Part shown: positions 13,263 to 24,655 of the stretch, piece by piece | Position numbering within the stretch: the first letter of the stretch is position 1 | Layout of the letters: each line of letters opens with the position of its first letter | Source: Tetramitus jugosus | Taxonomy: Eukaryota; Protista; Heterolobosea | Length of the DNA stretch: 64,000 nt | Assembly (NCBI GenBank): GCA_937625935.1 | Contig: OW569346.1 | Span: 62,001-126,000 of the forward strand | Direction: 5' to 3' | Notes under the pieces: generated by a model | What the model saw: the letters and a program-made list of their open reading frames with translations, nothing else | What the model was told of the DNA's origin: nothing | The model's database searches: none | Program-made: the position numbers and the translations under genes

Positions 13263-16238
13263 ATGTTGTCGAGGAAAAATATTCTCTCAGGGTGCCTTTG
13301 CGTACTTATAAGCTTACTCTTACTTGCGGTGGTGGTAAAGTCGGACACTTGCGCCGACAGTTTCGATTGTGGTGCTAACTCTTTCTGTTCAGGTGCTGAT
13401 GCTCTGAATGGTATTCTTGGAACTTGTACATGTAATAATGGTTATGGTTTGGATACAGGATTCTGTGTTCCTATGTGCTATAACAGATTGGAAAGTGATC
13501 TTAATGTTTGTAGTGGTGCTGGTACTTGTGATGGTCCAAACATGTGTACCTGTGAACCTGGTTACGGTGGTAATCAATGCGAGTATCACACTTGTGATGG
13601 TATTCGTTACAATGATACTTCTGCCTGTGGAGGCTTTGGTACTTGTGATGGCCCAGATACTTGTGACTGTCCTCTAGGCTATGAGGGAGAATTCTGTGAG
13701 CACTACTCTTGCCATGGTATTAGTACAAACAGTACTCAAACAATTTGTTCAGGCCACGGAAAGTGTATTGCACTTGATACTTGCCAGTGCTTCCCAGGCT
13801 ACGAAGGTGTGAACTGTGAGATTCCAATCAATCCATGCCAATTGTCTGCATCTATTGAGGGAAAGAAAGAAATAACGATTGCTCGCTCCAATCCACTCTC
13901 TTTGTTTGGTGTTGCAAATATTGCTCCAAAATGTGGATTCACTAGCTACACTGCCAAATGGACACACAATGTCACTGCTCGTATTGGATCGTCTGAAGAT
14001 CTATTGGTAATCAATCCCTTCACTTTCCCAATCTCAGAAACAACCTACCAGTTTACATACACGATTAGAAATGGAAATTACTCTGACTCTGCCACAGTAA
14101 TTGTCCATGTCAAGTTGGCCCCACTTCATGTTAGAATTGCTGGCGGTAACAGAGTAGCATTCCCAGTTGGAAAGACTATCGACATCAAGGCTGATGTAGA
14201 AGATCCAGAAAAACAAGAAGGAGATGTGTTTTCATGGAGATGCTCTGTCTTCAACTCTGTTGCATCGTGCCCTGATGGTATTAATCGTGTTGTCTATGCA
14301 ACTCACACTGATGAATTGGTCATCCCTGCCTCAGTCAATGCTCATACTGGAAAGTATATTTTCACTATTACCTACTCCAAGAGTTCAGGAAGTAGACCAC
14401 CAAAGAGTGCTTCAGTAACTATGGAACTTATTGCGCCAGGTGCTCCATTTGTTCACTTTGACGACGATATCCAACCAATCATCGCAAGAAGACTTCAATC
14501 CTTTGCAGTATCAATCACAAACAGAGTTGAAAGCTACAGGTGGTTAATTGACGGCACAGTTGTAAGTGGATCAAACTATATTGCAACCAGAAGTCGTTTG
14601 CTTGTTAGTCCTGAGGCATTAGTTCCTGGCTCAACTTACACGATTCGTTATGAAGCCACTAACTCAATTGGAACTGGATATGCTGAAATTGATGTCACTG
14701 TTAATCTACCACCATATGGAGGTTCTATCACTATCACCCCAACTAATGGTACCGCCTTGGAAACAACTTTTGAATTCTTGGCAGAAAATTGGGCTGATGA
14801 TCAACTCTACCCACTCAGATATGAATGGAGTATTCACTACACTGATGGAAGACGTCTCTCCAAATCATATATGAGCTATAATCCAAAGTTCATTGTTCCA
14901 TTCTTGCCAAGAGGTTCCTTCGAGATCAGCGTCATTGTTTACGATGAATTTGGGGACTCTGCAACAAGAACTGAATCACTTACCATTTCCCCAAGAATAT
15001 TTGCAAATAGAGACGCAAAGTATAATGCTCTAACACAATTGCTCACCAATTTCATTTCTGAAGCTGGAGAACACAGATTGAGTGAGAGCCGTATTGGAAG
15101 ATTGTTCATGATTACTGATGCTTGTCTTGCATCCTTGGAAGATACAAGTGATGAAGGATCTTCGAGAAGAGTTACTGCAACTCCATCTGGTATTGTTTCT
15201 AGCCTCTTATCCTTGATCAACGAAACATTCGTAGATGTCAAGAATAACAACCTAACTCAAGCAGGAATTGTCAGTTCATTTGATAATTCTTACTTTGAAA
15301 ACATGGGTAACAATTTGAAAGGTGTTGTCGGGAGTGGTAATTTGACTGCTGGAGGAAAGACAACCGTCCTTAATCTGCTTGACTCAATGATGGACTCTGT
15401 TGATGATGTCAAGAACAATGTCAATATCGACGGACCTTTGCTCGATGTTTTCTCTGGCCTCTTGAATGATCTATCTGGCCAATATGCCGGAAAAGTTGAT
15501 ACGATTTCTGACAAACTTCTCAAGTACTATGCCCAGAATCAAGTCACCGGTACAACAACCACAAAATCTTTGTCAAACATGGTTTATGTGAGCATGAAGC
15601 TTGATGTGCCTGATTTTGCAAACAAGAATCTCAATCTCCCTGCAACCAACGTCAGTTATTCCTCAGCTCCTTCCATTGTCTTCCCTGCAACAATGTCCGA
15701 CAAGTTGACTGTTGCTGGCCTCTCAGTAGCTGTCGCTAGAGTTAAGCTCTTTGGAATTGCAGCCAATCCATACACATATGCTCCAACAAGCAATAGTTTG
15801 TCTGTTGCATCATCAATCTCTGTCGAGTTGACAGACTCTAACGGTACTGTTAGTAGAATTAGCTCCCTCACCGATCCAATTACGATCTCTCTTCCAGCTC
15901 AATACACTGAGAAGAGAGGATGGAAGGCACACTGTAGATACTATGACACAACTAGTGCTCAGTGGGTGAAGGACAATACTTTGTCTGTGGCATCTGCAAC
16001 TTCAAACAGAATTGTTTGTGAGACTAGCCACTTGACTGCATTCTCTGCAACCTATGACAAGAGTCCATCATCTACCAACATTGGAAGAATCCTTGGTTTG
16101 GCTCTCGGTATCCCAATTCCAATTGCCTTTATTTCCTTGTGTCTGTTGGTTATTGGTATCATTGCTGGTGTGGTCATCAAAAAGAAGAAGGCACAACACG
16201 GAGACGACTCTATCGAAATGCGCGAAGCAAACGTCTAA
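13263..16238 (+). CDS. Single-pass surface protein with EGF-like repeats, REJ/PKD region and GPS motif (polycystin-1-like ectodomain)
   Basis: Signal peptide; C-x-G-x-G-x-C EGF repeats; REJ-like NLPPYGGSITITP; GPS CRYYD..W..CETSHLTAFS; one TM followed by KKKK. Confidence 0.85.
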   Translation: MLSRKNILSGCLCVLISLLLLAVVVKSDTCADSFDCGANSFCSGADALNGILGTCTCNNGYGLDTGFCVPMCYNRLESDLNVCSGAGTCDGPNMCTCEPGYGGNQCEYHTCDGIRYNDTSACGGFGTCDGPDTCDCPLGYEGEFCEHYSCHGISTNSTQTICSGHGKCIALDTCQCFPGYEGVNCEIPINPCQLSASIEGKKEITIARSNPLSLFGVANIAPKCGFTSYTAKWTHNVTARIGSSEDLLVINPFTFPISETTYQFTYTIRNGNYSDSATVIVHVKLAPLHVRIAGGNRVAFPVGKTIDIKADVEDPEKQEGDVFSWRCSVFNSVASCPDGINRVVYATHTDELVIPASVNAHTGKYIFTITYSKSSGSRPPKSASVTMELIAPGAPFVHFDDDIQPIIARRLQSFAVSITNRVESYRWLIDGTVVSGSNYIATRSRLLVSPEALVPGSTYTIRYEATNSIGTGYAEIDVTVNLPPYGGSITITPTNGTALETTFEFLAENWADDQLYPLRYEWSIHYTDGRRLSKSYMSYNPKFIVPFLPRGSFEISVIVYDEFGDSATRTESLTISPRIFANRDAKYNALTQLLTNFISEAGEHRLSESRIGRLFMITDACLASLEDTSDEGSSRRVTATPSGIVSSLLSLINETFVDVKNNNLTQAGIVSSFDNSYFENMGNNLKGVVGSGNLTAGGKTTVLNLLDSMMDSVDDVKNNVNIDGPLLDVFSGLLNDLSGQYAGKVDTISDKLLKYYAQNQVTGTTTTKSLSNMVYVSMKLDVPDFANKNLNLPATNVSYSSAPSIVFPATMSDKLTVAGLSVAVARVKLFGIAANPYTYAPTSNSLSVASSISVELTDSNGTVSRISSLTDPITISLPAQYTEKRGWKAHCRYYDTTSAQWVKDNTLSVASATSNRIVCETSHLTAFSATYDKSPSSTNIGRILGLALGIPIPIAFISLCLLVIGIIAGVVIKKKKAQHGDDSIEMREANV

Positions 16239-16661
16239 AAAATTGTGAATAATAAAAAACTCGTTTCAAGTGAATCAATGTGGATCCGTTTGGGAACATG
16301 ATCATCAACACTAAGAGAGGCTGTTCTGGCCAGGGGAAAGGTGCGGTATGACCGATCAGCCAACGACACACAAGGCTTGATTGAGTTTCCAATTTGCCAC
16401 ATCGGAGTAATATAAAATCCGTCTGGCAAAATCCATGAAAATAACGGACTTGATCTAAAAAAATTCAGTTACGACAATTACATTCTTGAATGCTGTTGGT
16501 CGGTTCTCTCACTCGAGCAGTCCATGGTTGTGCACTGAGCTGGCGAGAGACTTGCTCCCCAACAACAGTTCTACCCAATCACAACCACAACACAACAACA
16601 ACAACTTGCACCATCAACCAACAACAACAACAACAACAATTCACAAGAATCATAGATCAAC

Positions 16662-17459
16662 ATGACTGATACCACCACCGCCACTCCTGCTACGACCACT
16701 GCTGCACCAGTCGCTGATGCACAACAAAAGGAAGCAACAACAACCGCAACAACCACCACTGCTACCAGTGGTAGTGAAGAGACCAAACCAACAAGCACAT
16801 CTTCATCAGAATCCTCTTCTGGTGGTGCAACCAAGTCACTCCATGACTTTGAGTCCATTCACGATCTGCTAAAATTGAAGCAAAACGAGTTGCAAGATTT
16901 GTGCGAAGAGGCCAAAGTAGAGTCCAAGGGCAAAAAGATTTACCTCGTTGGTCGTCTCATCAAATCCTTCCCAAAAGTCGATGAAGAAGAGTTGAACAAG
17001 GTGTCTGCTACGGATCTCAAGGAATTTTGCTTGGCCAATGGTTTGAGCGCAAAGGGTAACAAGAAGGATTATGTCGCAAAGCTTTTGGCCTTTAGAGAAG
17101 GAAAACCAATTCCTGAGCCTGCTCCAACTGAGACAAAGAGAAGAAGAGAGTCTACTTCAAAGGCTGCTGCTGCTGGTGATGATGAAGAGTCTAGTGGTGC
17201 TGACTCTAGTGGAGAAACGGAGACCAAGAGAAGAAGAACGAGCACAGGAGGTGCTGCTGCCACTACACCAAGCAAGAAGGACAATAAACCAGCCGCAGAG
17301 GACATGAAGAAGCTAAAGGTGGTGATTGATGGTGATGAGCGTGAGATTGAACCAACTGCCTCTAGAACATTTACTGGATGGAAGGGATTGTTTATGCAAA
17401 CGATCGATGGACACAAGTATGACATTGATATCAAGATTCATCTCTCCAAGAGCAAGTAA
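16662..17459 (+). CDS. Probable chromatin protein with tandem SAP/HeH-like motifs
   Basis: Two motifs LKQNELQDLC..GKKIYLVGRL and ATDLKEFC..GLSAKGNKKDYVAKL; NLS-like KRRR clusters. Confidence 0.6.
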   Translation: MTDTTTATPATTTAAPVADAQQKEATTTATTTTATSGSEETKPTSTSSSESSSGGATKSLHDFESIHDLLKLKQNELQDLCEEAKVESKGKKIYLVGRLIKSFPKVDEEELNKVSATDLKEFCLANGLSAKGNKKDYVAKLLAFREGKPIPEPAPTETKRRRESTSKAAAAGDDEESSGADSSGETETKRRRTSTGGAAATTPSKKDNKPAAEDMKKLKVVIDGDEREIEPTASRTFTGWKGLFMQTIDGHKYDIDIKIHLSKSK

Positions 17460-17669
17460 GCAAAGAATAACGGCGTTCAAGCCTCATTTTTGTCAAAACC
17501 AGTGCTCTTTTTTGTCTACATTGAATAAAATGAAAAAGTTGTAAATACTACCAATTTAGACCTCGAGCCGTTACAAATGATAGCATGACTACCTTTGAAG
17601 TGGATGACAAATTTCGTGGCTAATGTCTCGCCTTCTTGTTTTCAAATAGATATAGGTGGGTTTATTTTT

Positions 17670-19309
17670 TTACAAGAATGTCAACAGTTCATACTCTTGA
17701 ATCTCTTCCTCGTCAGGAGTAATCTGCTTCTTGAAGTTAGGGAAGAATGGACAAATGGTGAGAACCAATAGACCCAGTTGACCAATGGCAGTAGGAATCA
17801 AGCACAGAGCAGCATTGAACACCTCTCTCTTCGTCAGAGGCAACTCGTTTCTGACACAGAACAAGATGCATGTAATAAAGTTGAGTGCGAGATAGATGCA
17901 AATCATAGAGTATGAAAGTGCCATCAATGGACCATCTCTGTTCTCATCACCCTTTAGGAACAAGTTCCATGAGAGTGCACCCTTGAAGCAAAACACGCAG
18001 AATGCCATGGCAAATGCAACAAACAATGGCACAAACACAATCCACCATGAGATGGCAGGGAAACTTGTCTGTGAGAATGGCACCTTTTGATCAATACGTC
18101 CTGAAACAATGAAAATGAACACTGCAATCAGGAAGAAGAACAGGAAGTAGACGAAACGGAGAATAATGTTTGGATGTTCCTTGCTGTATGGATTCTCAGA
18201 GTCGTCACTTCCCTTGACAAAGCCCTTCATGAGACCACCGACTAGCCACAAAATCTATATACATGCACACACACATATCAAACAAGGAATTTTACAGTGT
18301 GAGCTATCGTCGCGTCATTTCTTCACATGCACACAAGCACACATGCACACACACACTCAATGAAAATAGAATTTACAAGCAAAACATACCATGTAAGCAG
18401 AAAAGTCCCAAGTCACTGGTGATTGCCAAACCGTTTCTTCTTTTTGGATAGGCATGATGATGGAGATGAGGATTGGCACTCCGAAAAACAGGCACAAATT
18501 AATGAACACAATGGGCAGGAAGAAGAAATAGGCAATCAACCAATACAGCTCTGTTGTATATCGGAACTGTTTTATAGATTTGTGTTGTGGTTAGTATAAA
18601 GGTGCTAAAAGAAGAGAAACATACTGTAATAGAGGGAGAGAGAGAGAGACGAGCTCACATTGAACGTGCACACGTGTGTGTCTAAATGCGATTTTCTTTT
18701 AAAAGCTTTCGATTGCAGTGGACGACAGTGCTGTGTCTGTCTGACTGTAGTTTGTTTTTTCGCGCTCCAAAATATATATATTTTACAATGAAAGCTGCAG
18801 CGGTTGAGTTCCCATGCAATGCCTCAAGAATGAATCACACACACACATATGCTGTCTCTCACTACACGACAGCTCAAATAGCGTTTTGTTCCCTTGTTTT
18901 ACTCGTATGTGCACATGACATGATTACTCCTCTCTCTCCCAAAACAGTAAAAACAATAACAACAAAAGCTACAATAGCTACAATAGTAACAAAAGACACT
19001 TACCAGACAGAATACAAAATAACCAAATAGGATAAAGCTTGCAATACCAACGACACCAAAATAGAGTTCAACAGGCACGACGACAGCCCATAACATTCCC
19101 TTTGCTTTCTCACCAACACCAATACGTATCATGAGAAGCAACAAAAATAGTACGGACAGGAATTGTTCAATCAAACTCACAATATTGACGAGAAGACGCA
19201 CCTTCTTAACAGGTGGATGTGCAAAAATGGTTTCAGCTTGACCTGTAATATCAATAAAGGCGGTCACATAACCCTTGAAATAATCAAACACGATACTGGT
19301 AACAATCAT
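17670..19309 (-). CDS. Three-exon multi-pass membrane protein (TMEM185/fragile-X-F-like); exons 19004-19309, 18390-18566, 17670-18254
   Basis: Introns 18567-19003 (GTAAGT..TACTAAC..CAG) and 18255-18389 (GTATGT..TAG) join three hydrophobic ORFs in frame; ISWWIVFVPLF motif. The family call is tentative. Confidence 0.65.
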
Positions 19310-19649
19310 GATGACAGTGATAGTGATAGCAGTGATGAAATTGTGGAATCAACAAGTTGGTTGTTGTTGTTTTAGGTAGGAAAAGGTTGATATCGAGTTG
19401 TTTGTAGTTTTGTTGTGTGTGTGAATCCCTTTTTTGATATCAACTGACTGCACCGTGTAGTTGTTGTTGGTTGAGAGGAAAAGGAAGCTTCGATGTTTTT
19501 GTTTGGATGCACAGACCAAGGGACGAGTCGTTGAGGAATTATTGTGAGCAGTCATACGTCAAAAAACAGACAGTCTATCGACCCATCAACTGTCAAAACT
19601 ACAGCGGGCAATTATTTGAGCGCTATAAATAGAAATTAAGGACATGAAG

Positions 19650-19731
19650 GCATTCGTGGCCGAGTGGTCTAAGGCGTCCGACTCAAGTTCGGATATCTCC
19701 GGATGCGTGAGTTCAAATCTCACCGGATGCA
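19650..19731 (+). tRNA. tRNA-Leu(CAA)
   Basis: Acceptor stem GCATTCG/CGGATGC; D-arm TGGCCGAGTGGTCTAAGGC; anticodon arm TCCGA-CTCAAGT-TCGGA; long variable arm; TTCAAAT T-loop; TATAAAT at 19624; downstream T-run. Confidence 0.96.
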
Positions 19732-19878
19732 CAAGTTTTATTGCTGTCAAATTTTGATGGTTTGATCCAGATCTTTTTTGCTGGAAGGTTTTTCAGGCAA
19801 CCCAAACAAAGATCCGATCAAATATCCAACACGCACAAAGTGAGATCTTTGCATTTTCATTTAAACCGAGAAGAAAAA

Positions 19879-22800
19879 ATGGAAGAATTGTATGAGGCGC
19901 AAATGAATGCCACCAACGGACAAAAGTTTCAATTTTCAATCGATCGGTGCGTTGTGTTTGTTTTCTTTGTTCTTTATCATTTATCATTTCCAACAACAAC
20001 TAGCGTGTTGTTGTTTTCCATTTGAATACATCAAGCTAACATGATGATGATCGCGATCTGCGTATGTCACGTGACGAACACAACAACAGAGGAGGAACAT
20101 TTACAGATATTTATGCTCAGGTACCTCCCACTGAGCACAACAACCATCAGAGCTACATGGTCATGAAGCTTTTGTCTGTTGATCCATCCAATTATGAAGA
20201 TGCACCTCGTGAGGGCATTCGAAGAATCATTTCAATGACATTGGGACTCGATATTCCAACTGCCAAGCATATCAATACACGTACGATTGATTGGATTCGT
20301 ATGGGTACTACTGTTGCTACCAATGCACTCCTGGAGAGAAATGGTGAAAAGTGTGCGTTGATTACCACCAAGGGCTTCAAGGATTTGTTAAAGATTGGAA
20401 ATCAGAGTCGACCAAAGATTTTTGATTTGGTGATTCAGAAGCCATCTCTGCTGTACTCGAATGTGATTGAAGTGGAGGAGCGTGTGCAATTGTTGTCTTC
20501 TCCTACTGCTTCATTGTCTTCTCTGGCTTCCAAGGGTGGAGTAGGTGAAGCGACGAGCGGTGTTTCTGGTGATCGAATTCAGGTACTCCAGGAACCAGAT
20601 TATGAAAAAGTGAGAGAGACTCTGATTTCTCTGAGACGTGATCACGATATCCACAGTATTGCAATTGTGTTTCTTCATTCATATACGTTCCATGATCATG
20701 AGTTGAAGGTGGGACAAATTGCCAAAGAAGTGGGATTCACTTCTATTTCCATGTCTCATCAGATTATGCCCATGGTGAGAGTTGTGCCGCGTGGTCATAC
20801 GACTTGTGTCGATGCTTATTTGACACCTATTATCAAGCAATACGTGCAACAGTTTTGTGATGGATTTGCTGATGATTTCTTGCAAAACGTGAGTGTAACA
20901 TTTATGCAGTCTGATGGAGGCTTGACACCTGCTACTGATTTCATGGGTTGCAGAGCCATTTTATCTGGTCCTGCAGGTGGTGTAGTCGGTTATGCAACAA
21001 CAGCTTACGATTATCAACATGTGACACAGGATCCGAACAAGGAGCAAATTACTCAGGCAGTTATTGGATTTGATATGGGTGGTACGAGCACTGATGTCTC
21101 ACGATATGCGGGTTCTTATGAACATGTGTATGAAACTGAAACAGCTGGTGTTACTATCCAATCTCCACAGCTACATATTGAGACTGTTGCTGCAGGAGGT
21201 GGCTCTCGGTTGTTCTTTAGTGATTCTGGCATGTTTATCGTTGGTCCAGAATCATCAGGAGCTCACCCAGGCCCTGTTTGTTACAGAAAAGGTGGTTATC
21301 TGTCCATTACTGATGCCAATTTGTTCCTCGGTAGAATTCTACCAGAGTACTTTCCAAAGATTTTCGGTCCTAACGAGAATGAACCACTGGATTATGAGGC
21401 AACAAAGAAGGCATTCGATGAGTTGACCGCCAAGGTTAACGCTTTTCATGACAAAAATGGTGTCAAGAGAATGAGCGCTGAAGAGGTTGCCTATGGTTTT
21501 ATTCGTGTTGCAAATGAGGCAATGAGTCGCCCTATCCGTTCAATGACTGTCGCAAAGGGATATGACACTCGTGACCATATTCTGGCTTGCTTTGGAGGAG
21601 CAGGAGCTCAGCATGCTGCTGCCATTGCTCATAACCTGGGCATGCAAAAAGTTATGATTCATAAACACTCTGGTATTTTGAGTGCATATGGGTTGTCTTT
21701 GGCAGATGTCGTTTCAGATCAACAGGAACCATGCTCCAAAGAATGGACACAGGAGACTTATACAACGTATATTTATGAACGATTAGACTCAATGAAGCAA
21801 CTTGTCGTGGGTGAATTAATGAACGAAAAGAACAAGTTCAAGCGAGAGAGCATCGAAACAGAGGAGTATGTTAATCTGAGATACAAGGGCACAGATTATA
21901 CAATTATGACCAGAGTATACTTAGATGACCGTAATTATGAATCTGTTGTCAAAAGATTCGAACAGAGATATCGAACAGAGTATGGATTCGTTATGACAGG
22001 TAGAGATATTCTTGTTGACGACTTAAGAGTGAGAGGTATTGGAAGAAACAATCCATTACGAACTCATGACGAGATTGAAAAGATTAGAATTACAAAGAGA
22101 ATGGGACCTCCTGAACCAGTTGACTATACTCAAACTTATTTCGAAAATGGATGGGAGAAGGTCCCAGTGTATAATTTGGATTCATTGAGCAGTGGTGTTG
22201 AAATTAAGGGTCCTTGTATGATTATTCATGAGACAACCACAATTGCAGTGACCCCGAATGCCACTGCCACAGTCACGCCTCCAGAAGGTAACATTGAAAT
22301 CACATTCTCTAAACATTTCAAGAAACAGTATTCTGAGGCTGTAGACTCTGTTTTATTGAGCATCTTCGCTCACAGATTCATGTCTATTGCTGAACAGATG
22401 GGTAGAACATTGCAAAGAACTGCAATATCTACCAATATCAAAGAAAGACTAGACTTCTCTTGTGCCATATTTGGTCCAGAAGGTGGTTTGGTCGCCAATG
22501 CTCCTCATCTTCCAGTGCATCTAGGATCAATGAGTGAAGCAGTCAAGTTCCAAATTCGATATTTGAGGGAGCAGGGGCTAGAATGGCAAGAAGGAGATGT
22601 TTTAGTTTCCAATCATCCAATAGCTGGTGGTACACATCTACCTGATATTACTGTGATCACACCAGTGTTCGACAGGGTATCAAAGAAGCCCGTGTTTTAT
22701 GTTGCAAACAGAGGTCATCATGCCGATATTGGTGGTATATCACCTGGTTCAATGCCTCCCTTCTCTCGTCGTTTGTCTGAGGAAGGTGCTGCCATTAAGT

Positions 22801-23993
22801 CACTTAAGTTGGTCAAGAATTCTGAGTTCCAACTCGACGCAATTGTAAATGTATTGAAGAATGCTGGATCAAGAAATTTGAAGGACAATATCGCAGATTT
22901 GAAAGCTCAAGTAGCCGCAAATCAAAAGGGAATCGGGCTTATTGACGATCTTATTGCTCAATATTCCCTTCCTGTTGTTCACGCGTACATGAGACATGTT
23001 CAAGACAATGCCCAACTAGCCGTCACTCAAATGCTTCAGCAAGTATTCGAAACCCACGCAACTAATCCTGTTGAAGATGAAAGTGTTGTGCTCCATGCTG
23101 AAGATTTCATGGATGATGGATCCAACATTACCTTGCAGTTAACTGTGTTTAATCAAAACAAGCTCGAATCTACCAAACACGTTGCTAACTTTGACTTTAC
23201 AAAGACATCTGCCATGGTTCTCGGCAACACCAATGCACCAAAGGCCATCACAGTCTCAGCCATCCTTTACTGTTTGCGCTGTCTCGTAAAGAGAGAGATC
23301 CCACTGAATGAAGGATGTCTGAAACCCATCAATATTCAAATCAGAAAGCACTCACTGCTTGATATTGGTGATAGTGATGTTGGTGTCGTCGGAGGCAACG
23401 TTCTCACATCTCAGAGACTCACTGACGTAATTTTGAAAGCCTTCCGTGCATGTGCTGCCAGTCAAGGTTGCATGAACAACCTAACGTTCGGCAATGAACA
23501 AATGGGATATTATGAGACGATTGCTGGTGGTGCTGGTGCAGGCCCTACATGGAACGGTTGTGACAGTGTGCACACTCACATGACCAACACTCGTATCACT
23601 GATGTTGAGATCCTTGAGAAGAGATATCCAATTCTATTGAGACAATTCTCAGTGAGACAGGGCACTGGCGGCAACGGTCACTTCCGTGGTGGTGCCGGAG
23701 TGATTCGTGAGTTTGAGTTCCTTGAACCATTGCATGTGGGTATATTGAGTGAGAGACGTGTGTTCCATCCTTATGGCATGAATGGTGGATCCGATGGAGA
23801 AAGAGGACTCAACTTGTACGTTACACCAAGAAGAACAACAAATGACAGCAACAGCAAGGAAGACGACAACGAAGAACAAGAATTGATTCATAATCTGGGA
23901 CCAAAGAACGCCTTCCAAGTTTCAATCGGTGACAGAGTTCTCATTTGCACTCCAGGTGGCGGTGGTTATGGAAAGGTGGAGGAGAATAACTAA
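19879..23993 (+). CDS. OPLAH: 5-oxoprolinase (ATP-hydrolysing); intron 19947-20089
   Basis: Splicing (GTGCGT..GCTAAC..CAG) restores FSIDRGGTFTD. Also [31 protein letters not shown] and TPGGGGYG. The start could be 19879 or 19903. Confidence 0.95.
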
Positions 23994-24076
23994 ATTCCTT
24001 CACTTCGCACCCCAAACACTCCAACATAACAATACATTTTCATACGATAGCAATACACCAATTTACAATAGTTCGC

Positions 24077-24529
24077 TCAATCAAACAAATGATTTATTTT
24101 TTCCTGCTTCTCCGTAGAGCGCGCCCAATGTTTCCTCACCAGAGAAACCAAGTTGTCTCTGCTCGCATTTCCATTCTCCATACTCCGTCTCATCTCATAC
24201 GGCACATAACCCATGACAATGAGCAACGACAGTGACTTCAACCAAAACAATCGACTCCCTCTCAATCGATCCTCCAATTGAAAGAGTTGTTCCTTGTATC
24301 CTTGTTCTCCATTCTGATGCAATGGCTTTCCCAGGGCTTTGAACACATTCCACACAAAGGATGATTTTGGAGATGCTTTGTTGCTGTTGTTGTTGTTTGT
24401 TGCTTGTTGATCAAAACTGACAGTTGTTGTTGTTGTATGAGTTGTTGATCTCTTGAATTGTTGTTGTGATTGTGGTAGAGCAGAAGTGGAACCACTTTGC
24501 TTCTTGTTGTTGTTGTTGCTGTGGTTCAT
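24077..24529 (-). CDS. Hypothetical small protein with one hydrophobic segment
   Basis: 150-aa ATG ORF filling the gap between genes; N/Q/T-rich N-terminus; one TM-like segment. Confidence 0.5.
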   Translation of the reverse strand: MNHSNNNNKKQSGSTSALPQSQQQFKRSTTHTTTTTVSFDQQATNNNNSNKASPKSSFVWNVFKALGKPLHQNGEQGYKEQLFQLEDRLRGSRLFWLKSLSLLIVMGYVPYEMRRSMENGNASRDNLVSLVRKHWARSTEKQEKINHLFD

Positions 24530-24655
24530 GATGAGCTTTGTGTTTTTCTTCTCCAGATGTGAAGTTTTTGCGCATCTCCGATTGTGAACAGAGTTCTGGG
24601 TGGGATGCGATGGACAACCTTTTGACCAATGTTTTTATTACAAGTGTGGTGCCTT

